Assembly (NCBI GenBank): GCA_900315885.1 | Contig: ONAT01000001.1 | Span: 10,988 to 74,987 of the forward strand | DNA length: 64,000 bases | Direction: 5' to 3' | Origin: an uncultured Erysipelotrichaceae bacterium | Lineage (GTDB): Bacteria > Bacillota_I > Bacilli_A > RFN20 > CAG-826 | In this document: piece after piece, positions 28,821-35,343 of the stretch | Position numbering within the stretch: position 1 is the stretch's first letter | Layout of the letters: the number at the start of each line of letters is the position of its first letter | Translations under genes and position numbers: made by a program | Notes under the pieces: model-generated | Seen by the model: only the letters and a program-made list of their open reading frames with translations | What the model was told of the DNA's origin: nothing | The model's database searches: none

Positions 28821-29990
28821 ATGAATATTGTTATATTTACTGATACTTTTCCTCCAGAAATAAATGGGGTGGCAACGTCCACCTTTAATTTATTTAATGT
28901 GCTTAGAAAAAACGGACATAATGCGTATGTAGTGTGCACAAACCCTTTTAATAAAGAAATGATGTATGAAGATAATATTTTAAGAATTCCTGGTATTGAA
29001 CTTAAAAAATTGTATTCATATCGCTTTTCTAGTTTTTATAGTTCAAAAGCTATGAAAATTATTAAAACAATGAAGCCAGATGTAATTCATGTTAATACAG
29101 AAGCTAGCATTGGAATATTTGGACGAATTGTCGCCAAAAAACTAAAGAAACCTTTAGTTTATACATATCATACAATGATTGAAGATTATACATATTATGT
29201 GACTAAAAGTAATGGATTCTTTGATCGAATTGCTAAACAAATTGTTCGTTCTTTTTCAAAGACAATGGCGTCTACTACTACAGAATTTATTTCTCCTAGT
29301 GAGAAGACAAAAGATGCAATTAGAAAATATGGCTATGAATCATATATCAATATTGTCCCAACGGGTATTGATTTTTCAAAATATGAAAACGTAAATGAAA
29401 CAGAAGTTGAAGATATTAAAAGACGTTACGATTTAAACGATGCTTTTGTTATTTTGTCTTTAGGAAGAATCGCTAAAGAAAAATCAATTGATGCTATTAT
29501 TGATGGCTTTGCTAAATTAAAAACAAAAACTAAGAAAAAAATTAAACTATTAATTGTTGGTGGAGGGCCAGATTTAGATAACCTTAAAGAACAAGCAAAT
29601 AGACTCAAATTAAATGATGATGTTGTGTTTGTGGGTCCAGTTGATGCAAGTAAAGTGCCAGGATTTTATCACGCCTCTAATATCTTTGTCTCTGCTTCCG
29701 TTACTGAGACTCAAGGATTAACATTTATGGAGGCTATGGCCTCTCGCTTACTAGTTTTAGCAAAGTTTGATGAGAATTTAGCGGATGTCATAATTGATAA
29801 CGAGACAGGTTATTTCTTTAATGATGTCGATGATATGGCAAGACGTGTTTTAGCTATTATGAAGCAAGATGAAGCAAAACAAAAACAAATTATTGAAAAT
29901 GCTTATAAAATTACTCAAAAGTATTCTTTAGATAACTTCTATTCAAATATTATGGAGGTATATAAACGTGCAATTAGAAAGTACTGGTAA
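28821..29990 (+). CDS. GT4-family glycosyltransferase (glycolipid/diacylglycerol glycosyltransferase-like)
   Basis: MNIVIFTDTFPPEINGVATS N-terminus and the E-x7-E region (ETQGLTFMEAMA). Confidence 0.8.
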   Translation: MNIVIFTDTFPPEINGVATSTFNLFNVLRKNGHNAYVVCTNPFNKEMMYEDNILRIPGIELKKLYSYRFSSFYSSKAMKIIKTMKPDVIHVNTEASIGIFGRIVAKKLKKPLVYTYHTMIEDYTYYVTKSNGFFDRIAKQIVRSFSKTMASTTTEFISPSEKTKDAIRKYGYESYINIVPTGIDFSKYENVNETEVEDIKRRYDLNDAFVILSLGRIAKEKSIDAIIDGFAKLKTKTKKKIKLLIVGGGPDLDNLKEQANRLKLNDDVVFVGPVDASKVPGFYHASNIFVSASVTETQGLTFMEAMASRLLVLAKFDENLADVIIDNETGYFFNDVDDMARRVLAIMKQDEAKQKQIIENAYKITQKYSLDNFYSNIMEVYKRAIRKYW

Positions 29991-30774
29991 GATTTTTATT
30001 AAAGACATAAAGCACTTTAAGAAAAAAGTGTTATTAATCCTTTCTAATGGTGAAGAAATGGAAATAACAGAAGGTATAGTTATGGATTATTATCTTTTTC
30101 CTAATAAAGAATTAAATAAAGAAGACTTAAATAACATCTCTAAAAGTGGTAATATGACTAAAGCATTAAATAAAGCATATCGCATTTTATCGCATGGACT
30201 TTATACTGAAAAAGAGATTTATTTAAAACTTGTTAAATCCAATTATTCCAAAGATATTATTCGCGATGTTATTTTAAAACTTAAGAGATTAAATTATTTA
30301 AACGACAGTAACTATGTTAATGAATATCTATATAATGCCTCTATTAAAGGATATGGGCCACATAAAATCAAGAATGAATTACTTAAAAAAGGAATAGATG
30401 AAAAAGTGGTTAATAGTATTTCTTTTAACGAAGAAGAAAAGATGAATCAACTTGAAAATATAGTTAAAAAATTAGATAAAAAATATCGTAATTATAATTA
30501 TCAAAAGAAATGTGATAATATTTTACGAAGCTTGATTAATTTGGGTTATGATTTTGATGATTCTAAAGTAGCAATTGATAAATTTGTAACAGAAAATGAA
30601 GAAACAGATGCTTTAGCGTTAGCTAAAGATTTAGAAAAAATATACAAAAACAAATATAAAAAATATAGTGGTAGAGATTTAATTAATGAAGTAAAGCATA
30701 GCCTAATGAAAAAAGGCTACAAATATGATAAAATTAATGCAGCAATTAAGGAGCTTGATGATTATGAAGATTGA
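29968..30774 (+). CDS. recX: RecX family regulatory protein
   Basis: Repeated three-helix units (ALNKAYRILSHGLYTEKEI...; YLNDSNYVNEYL...GYGPHKIKNELLKKGI). GTG start follows GGAGG. Confidence 0.75.
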   Translation: MQLESTGKIFIKDIKHFKKKVLLILSNGEEMEITEGIVMDYYLFPNKELNKEDLNNISKSGNMTKALNKAYRILSHGLYTEKEIYLKLVKSNYSKDIIRDVILKLKRLNYLNDSNYVNEYLYNASIKGYGPHKIKNELLKKGIDEKVVNSISFNEEEKMNQLENIVKKLDKKYRNYNYQKKCDNILRSLINLGYDFDDSKVAIDKFVTENEETDALALAKDLEKIYKNKYKKYSGRDLINEVKHSLMKKGYKYDKINAAIKELDDYED

Positions 30775-31690
30775 AGATTTAAAAGATGGTACAAAAGTTG
30801 ATTTGATATGTCTTGTTAGCAATGTGACAAAGGGTGTATCAAATAACAATTCACAATATTTAAATGTAACATTACAAGATTCTACTGGGACAATCGAAGC
30901 TAAAAAATGGGACGCAACAGAAGATGATATTAATCTCTTTAAAATAAGAAATATTGTTCACATTTTAGGCGAATCAAATATGTATCGTAATAATTTACAA
31001 CTAAAGATTATTAGTGCTGAAGCAATTGAAGATTACAACGCTTCAGATTTTGTGATGTCCGCGCCGGTAGAGGTTAAAACTCTTGAAAATGAATTACATG
31101 AATATTTAAACATGATTAAAGATAAAGATGTTAAAGCAATCGTTGAAGAATTAATTAATAAAAACTATGGCGATTATTTAAAACATCCTGCCGCGACAAG
31201 AAATCATCATGAGTATTGCTCTGGTTTATTATATCATTCAATTTCCGTTACTAAATTAGTGGTAACTCTTGCAGATATATATAAGGATTTAGATAAAGAT
31301 ATCTTAATTGGTGGCGCTTTAATTCATGATTTAGGCAAAATTAAAGAATTATCAGGACCAATTATTCCAACTTATACAACCGAAGGAAAACTTATTGGAC
31401 ATATCTCTATTATGCAAGCAGAGATTAAAGAAGCTGCGGATAAACTAAATATTAAAGGTGAAGTACCAATGCTTCTTGAACATATGATTTTGTCACATCA
31501 CGGAAAGAAAGAATTTGGTTCACCTGTTCTTCCAATGACTAGGGAAGCTTTAGTGCTCAGTATTGCAGATGATTTAGATGCCAAAATGAATATCCTTGAA
31601 AAAGCTTATAAAGACACAAATGAAGGGGAATTTACTAATCGTATTTATCCTTTAGAAGATCGAGCTTTTTATAAACCTAAAAAGAGATAA
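30764..31690 (+). CDS. yhaM: 3'-5' exoribonuclease YhaM (OB fold plus HD domain)
   Basis: N-terminal OB segment (YLNVTLQDSTGTIEAKKWDA) and HD motifs (HH...GGALIHDLGK...SHHG). Confidence 0.88.
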   Translation: MKIEDLKDGTKVDLICLVSNVTKGVSNNNSQYLNVTLQDSTGTIEAKKWDATEDDINLFKIRNIVHILGESNMYRNNLQLKIISAEAIEDYNASDFVMSAPVEVKTLENELHEYLNMIKDKDVKAIVEELINKNYGDYLKHPAATRNHHEYCSGLLYHSISVTKLVVTLADIYKDLDKDILIGGALIHDLGKIKELSGPIIPTYTTEGKLIGHISIMQAEIKEAADKLNIKGEVPMLLEHMILSHHGKKEFGSPVLPMTREALVLSIADDLDAKMNILEKAYKDTNEGEFTNRIYPLEDRAFYKPKKR

Positions 31691-31724
31691 AAAACTAAAT
31701 GTCGTAATGCGATACACACAATTT

Positions 31725-31756
31725 AACTATCTAGATTAGTTTTTAGATAGTTTTTA
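31725..31756 (+). terminator. yhaM terminator
   Basis: AACTATCTA...TAGATAGTT plus TTT. Confidence 0.7.
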
Positions 31757-31760
31757 TGTG

Positions 31761-31793
31761 CAAAAAAGCACCTTTGATGCTATCGCTGGTGCT
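31761..31793 (-). terminator. Terminator of the island cargo operon
   Basis: Minus strand reads AGCACC-15 nt loop-GGTGCT followed by T6. Confidence 0.7.
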
Positions 31794-31935
31794 AAGTTAC
31801 TAAATTGTACTTTCTTTTAAATTAAGAATATTAGTATTTTTTATTAGGACATTTAGACTCAAAATTTTCTATTATCACAACTAGCTTAACAAAATTTATG
31901 CTTTTGTGTTTTAAACTATTCGATAATTTTTTTGC

Positions 31936-32271
31936 TTATTGATTTAATCTATTGAGTTGTTCAGAAACCATATCATTCAATTCAAAAGACCCATCGTTTA
32001 ATATATTAAGTCTATCTTTAATCTTGGTGATTAACTTCATTAGTTCATCGAGGTGTTCCTTTGCCATTAAAATATTAAATCTACATGCATTATTTTCATC
32101 AAACTCATAAAATGAACTATATAATGCGGATGCTTTATCATTTAAATTGTTTATTTCCGAATCATTATCAATAACATCTACTCCTGTAACCAATTTGTTT
32201 TTACTAATACTAAATACATCTTTAATAATAGGGCCGATTAAAAAATCCAATTCTAATTTTACTTTTTTCAT
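31936..32271 (-). CDS. Hypothetical 111-aa acidic helical protein (immunity/antitoxin-like by position)
   Basis: Starts 2 nt after the stop of the toxin-like ORF. No TM segment, no family recognised. Confidence 0.65.
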   Translation of the reverse strand: MKKVKLELDFLIGPIIKDVFSISKNKLVTGVDVIDNDSEINNLNDKASALYSSFYEFDENNACRFNILMAKEHLDELMKLITKIKDRLNILNDGSFELNDMVSEQLNRLNQ

Positions 32272-32273
32272 TT

Positions 32274-32750
32274 CTATTTACCTCCATCCAGTGGATACAT
32301 TGAAACAATATAACCATTGGTACCTACGGCACCAAGTGTATAATATTTTCCTTTGTATAAATATATTTTTTCTAGTCCCACTTTTCCATTACTTAGAATT
32401 TTTTCTTGGGAATGTATGATAACACCTTTTGTAATTACATTTTTAAGATGTACAACTAAATGTTTTTCTTGTATGTTGTGTTTATCAACAAAATCATTAA
32501 TATGTTTTTTGATGTGTTCTAATCCTTTAATTGTGTTTCCTTTTTCGAGCCACACTACTTGACCACTTTTGTCTTTTGCAGTAAAGATAACATCCTTAGG
32601 ATTTATTTTAACACCATTTTTTATTAGATCACCTAGTAAAGGATTATTTTTTATTAGGGCATTTGTTTCATTTTGGAGATTTGCTCTCCCACCTTTTGTA
32701 CCAAGTCCATCTCCTCTTAAACCTTTGCTAAATTTACTACCTTGTCCCAT
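32274..32750 (-). CDS. Hypothetical 159-aa protein, toxin-like (Gly-rich N-terminal linker plus small C-terminal domain ending ...GTNGYIVSMYP)
   Basis: ATG 32750 follows AGGAGGG and overlaps the DUF4417 stop by 14 nt. The longer track start (32867) lies inside the upstream gene. Confidence 0.65.
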   Translation of the reverse strand: MGQGSKFSKGLRGDGLGTKGGRANLQNETNALIKNNPLLGDLIKNGVKINPKDVIFTAKDKSGQVVWLEKGNTIKGLEHIKKHINDFVDKHNIQEKHLVVHLKNVITKGVIIHSQEKILSNGKVGLEKIYLYKGKYYTLGAVGTNGYIVSMYPLDGGK

Positions 32751-33468
32751 ATATCGCACCCTCCTTCTTATACATGTCAATCTTAGAATGAGGAATAATA
32801 ATTTTGATGCCTTTAGATTCAGCATATCCAAAGATTTCATCAAAATTAGATTTGGTAACAAAGCCATAAACGACTATTATTTTAGGCTCTATTCTATCAA
32901 CAGCTTCTTTAAGACCATCTAAGAACATTTTCTTATTTTCTTTGTCTTTAATTTGACCCAAGATGCTAATAGCAATATTAGAACCTTTCATTATTCCGTC
33001 AAAAGAGAAATCATAACAGAAATTAAATGTCCATCTTATATTTGGAATAACGATTGCGTTTGTATTAGCTTTCAACCAAGCAATACATAATCTTGATCTA
33101 TAAACATTAAATATTTGAAGCGCTACTGGGAAATCACCAAAGAGTGAATAATCAGGACCTACTATATATTTAATATTTCTAAATCGTTCACGAAACATAT
33201 TTAATCTTTTTTCATCTTTATAGATGATTGAATTATAGAGTCCGTGAACTCCATCAAATACATGGTCGTACTGATAAAAACAAACACATGTATTTTTTGT
33301 CTTTTGATATTCCTGTAAATCTGAATATAATGCTAAATAATCTATTTCACTAATATCATCAAAGCAACCAATTACAGGTATGTCATAATCACCTTCAAAT
33401 GAAAGTGATTCAAGTAAATAGACACCAAAGATGTCTTTGAAATTATTTCTTACATTGTAACTTGCCAT
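32737..33468 (-). CDS. DUF4417-like protein (function unknown)
   Basis: 243 aa. GPDYSLFGDFPVALQIFNVYRSRLCIAWLKAN..AIVIPNIRW....CYDFSFDGIMKGSNIAIS matches my recollection of the PF14386 pattern. GGAGGA SD. Confidence 0.6.
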   Translation of the reverse strand: MASYNVRNNFKDIFGVYLLESLSFEGDYDIPVIGCFDDISEIDYLALYSDLQEYQKTKNTCVCFYQYDHVFDGVHGLYNSIIYKDEKRLNMFRERFRNIKYIVGPDYSLFGDFPVALQIFNVYRSRLCIAWLKANTNAIVIPNIRWTFNFCYDFSFDGIMKGSNIAISILGQIKDKENKKMFLDGLKEAVDRIEPKIIVVYGFVTKSNFDEIFGYAESKGIKIIIPHSKIDMYKKEGAIYGTR

Positions 33469-33547
33469 AATCTTCCTCCGTTAAATGAAGGAAATGACAA
33501 ACACATGCAAGAAAAAATTTCTGAAAACCAATTAATTTTATGTACAT
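33443..33547 (-). CDS. Candidate 34-aa hydrophobic/cationic small ORF (MYIKLIGFQKFFLACVCHFLHLTEEDYGKLQCKK)
   Basis: ATG is 9 nt after GGAGG. The ORF overlaps the DUF4417 start out of frame and is below the ORF-track length cutoff. Confidence 0.3.
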   Translation of the reverse strand: MYIKLIGFQKFFLACVCHFLHLTEEDYGKLQCKK

Positions 33548-33614
33548 ATTCGTACACCTCCAATTCTTAAAAATTTTTGTGTCAATCTAGCGTTCGTTAA
33601 AAACACACAAAAGA

Positions 33615-33644
33615 TTGATATTTTTAAGACAGTTGTGCTACAAT
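33615..33644 (+). promoter_or_regulatory. Plus-strand promoter of the sRNA candidate
   Basis: TTGATA-18 nt-TACAAT with TGc extended -10. Confidence 0.55.
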
Positions 33645-33650
33645 GTACTT

Positions 33651-33718
33651 GCTGAAGGTGGCATCATAGCATGCTGTCTTAACGGCTCAAGTCACTGTAA
33701 TGGCTTGAGCCGTTTTAT
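33651..33718 (+). ncRNA. Candidate ~70-nt small RNA (promoter-to-terminator unit without an ORF)
   Basis: Lies downstream of the 33615-33644 promoter. It ends at hairpin AACGGCTCAAG/CTTGAGCCGTT (33681-33714) plus TTTTATTT. Only a 3-codon ORF lies inside. Confidence 0.45.
33663..33690 (-). promoter_or_regulatory. Minus-strand promoter facing the sRNA promoter, directed at the sORF/DUF4417 operon
   Basis: Minus strand reads TTGAGC-16 nt-TATGAT with TGc extended -10. Confidence 0.45.
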
Positions 33719-34282
33719 TTAATGCTTACTTATAAATTCAGCAATAAATTCGTTTTCATAATCGTTCAAATCAGACTTGTTGCTAAGAATTCTATTTTCT
33801 GCTGCTTTATATGCATTACAAGCTGCTTCATATGATATATCGAAATCATCAGTAATTTCCATAAAAGAAAAATGGTTAATATATGGCATTACAAGACATG
33901 TTGGAGCAAGTATATACCTTGCAAAATGGTTTGCCAAATCTTCATCTTTTTCATTTGGGTTAAATTCAAGACAAACAACATGCTTGATTTCGTGAGCAAT
34001 TGTTAATCTTATTCTAGCAGTTCCTATTTGATCGTTGTAAAAAGTATAAAATTCATATTTACCATTCTTCTTTTTGAAAATTGTGAAACCATCTTTTAAT
34101 TCTTCTTTACTCGTTATAACTTCCAATTGCTCCTCTGTCAAAGAAGAATATTTGATAAGGACAATATTTAATTGCTTGGCTAATTTGAAGACATCTAGAC
34201 GTTTTTCAAAATGACAATAGTCAATTCTTAGTCTTAATGCCAATTCATCCACTTTTTTATAATCCCTACCACTATGATACAT
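33719..34282 (-). CDS. ImmA/IrrE family (COG2856) zinc metallopeptidase
   Basis: HEIKH (HExxH) within IAHEIKHVV, typical size, and the start overlaps the stop of the XRE gene. Confidence 0.8.
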   Translation of the reverse strand: MYHSGRDYKKVDELALRLRIDYCHFEKRLDVFKLAKQLNIVLIKYSSLTEEQLEVITSKEELKDGFTIFKKKNGKYEFYTFYNDQIGTARIRLTIAHEIKHVVCLEFNPNEKDEDLANHFARYILAPTCLVMPYINHFSFMEITDDFDISYEAACNAYKAAENRILSNKSDLNDYENEFIAEFISKH

Positions 34283-34599
34283 TACTTACCTCCGAATAGA
34301 ACTTTTATGATTTCCGCTTTTTGAGCATCATCCAATTTTGATTTGTTACGAGTAACAACGCACAAAGTTTCCTCATATGCATCCGGTTGAACTGCGTTAT
34401 CCATTTCTCCAACTAAATAAGATGTGCTTACATTAAATACTTTAGCAATATTAGCTAATATATCCATTCTAGGTCTTAAATCGCCTGATAGATATCTGCT
34501 GACGGAAGCTTCAGATATTCCAGAAAGTTTGGCCAATTCTTTTTGTGAAATATTATCACGTTCCATCAAACTTTTTACGCGCTCCTTAAACTCTTTCAT
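34282..34599 (-). CDS. XRE-family helix-turn-helix transcriptional regulator (ImmR-like)
   Basis: ISQKELAKLSGISEASVSRYLSG...ANIAKVFNVSTSYLVG. Confidence 0.88.
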   Translation of the reverse strand: MKEFKERVKSLMERDNISQKELAKLSGISEASVSRYLSGDLRPRMDILANIAKVFNVSTSYLVGEMDNAVQPDAYEETLCVVTRNKSKLDDAQKAEIIKVLFGGK

Positions 34600-34637
34600 G
34601 AGTTGTACCTCCTAAGCTTTTATTCTAAAGCAATTCA

Positions 34638-34666
34638 ATTATACCAATTTCATTTCTGCAAGTCAA
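34638..34666 (-). promoter_or_regulatory. Promoter of the XRE-ImmA genes
   Basis: Minus strand reads TTGACT-17 nt-TATAAT with TGg extended -10. Confidence 0.65.
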
Positions 34667-34802
34667 TATGTTTACTTAAATAAATTGTTTTTATAAATTT
34701 GGATTGTGTAAAAGTTGCTATAGTGTAATGCTAATTTATTAAGAATATAAATGATCATTTGAATAAGTTAATATAATTATGTAGTATGAATTTTTAACAT
34801 AT

Positions 34803-34833
34803 AACAAAAGGATTACCCATAACGGATAATCCC
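34803..34833 (-). terminator. hit terminator
   Basis: Minus strand reads GGATTATCC-loop-GGGTAATCC followed by TTTTGTT. Confidence 0.7.
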
Positions 34834-34867
34834 ATCATAAATTTAATATATTCAGTTTTTATTATAA

Positions 34868-35284
34868 TTACATATTCTTTTTAATCGAATCTGCGATTTG
34901 AGGAAGAGATAATTCTCCAAGCAATTTGTTTTCTTTAAATTCGATAACTAGACCATCGGAATTTTTATAACGAGGAATTACGTGAACATGGAAGTGCATA
35001 ACAGTTTGACCAGCAGCAGCGTAGCAATTAGTGAGAATGTTAACACCACTTGCTTTTAAGTTTCTGATTTGTGATTGGCCAATTGTTTGAGCCACATCCA
35101 TGACTTTATGCATGATTTCTTTTGGTGTGGCTAAGAAGTTATCGTAATGTTTTTTACTAACTACTAAAGCGTGTCCTTTGGTTGTTTGAGAAATATCTAA
35201 GAACGCTAAGACATCATCATCTTCATAAATCTTTGCACATGGAATTTCACCACTTATTATTTTACAAAAAACACAGTCATCCAT
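34868..35284 (-). CDS. hit: HIT family (histidine triad) protein
   Basis: CVFCKI...GHALVV...HFHVHVIPR. Confidence 0.92.
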   Translation of the reverse strand: MDDCVFCKIISGEIPCAKIYEDDDVLAFLDISQTTKGHALVVSKKHYDNFLATPKEIMHKVMDVAQTIGQSQIRNLKASGVNILTNCYAAAGQTVMHFHVHVIPRYKNSDGLVIEFKENKLLGELSLPQIADSIKKNM

Positions 35285-35303
35285 AATATCAATCTCCTTT
35301 TAG

Positions 35304-35329
35304 ATAAAAAGGGAGAAATGAATCCCCCT
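35304..35329 (-). terminator. Terminator after the lipoprotein pair
   Basis: Minus strand reads AGGGGGA-TTCATT-TCTCCCT plus TTTTTAT. Confidence 0.55.
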
Positions 35330-35343
35330 AATTTTAATAATAA

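Larger units (their letters stand above)
31761..34666 (-). other. Accessory insertion (no integrase): XRE - ImmA - sRNA/promoter switch - sORF - DUF4417-like - toxin-like - immunity-like
   Basis: The block is delimited by its own promoter (34638-34666) and terminator (31761-31793). It lies between the core genes yhaM and hit. Confidence 0.6.

Noticed and set aside
31815-31835. Possible direct repeats flanking the island. ATTAAGAATAT occurs near 31820 and again near 34740.
   Set aside because: An 11-nt AT-only match between two ~250-nt AT-rich spacers is within chance expectation. There are no longer flanking identities and no recombinase.
32569-32922. Plus-strand ORFs inside the island: 32147-32419, 32353-32562, 32569-32922, 33777-33995 and 34424-34615.
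   Set aside because: All are antisense to minus-strand ORFs that have SDs, coupled starts and recognisable domains (XRE, ImmA). The plus ORFs have Phe/Leu/Ser-rich shadow composition and no SD.
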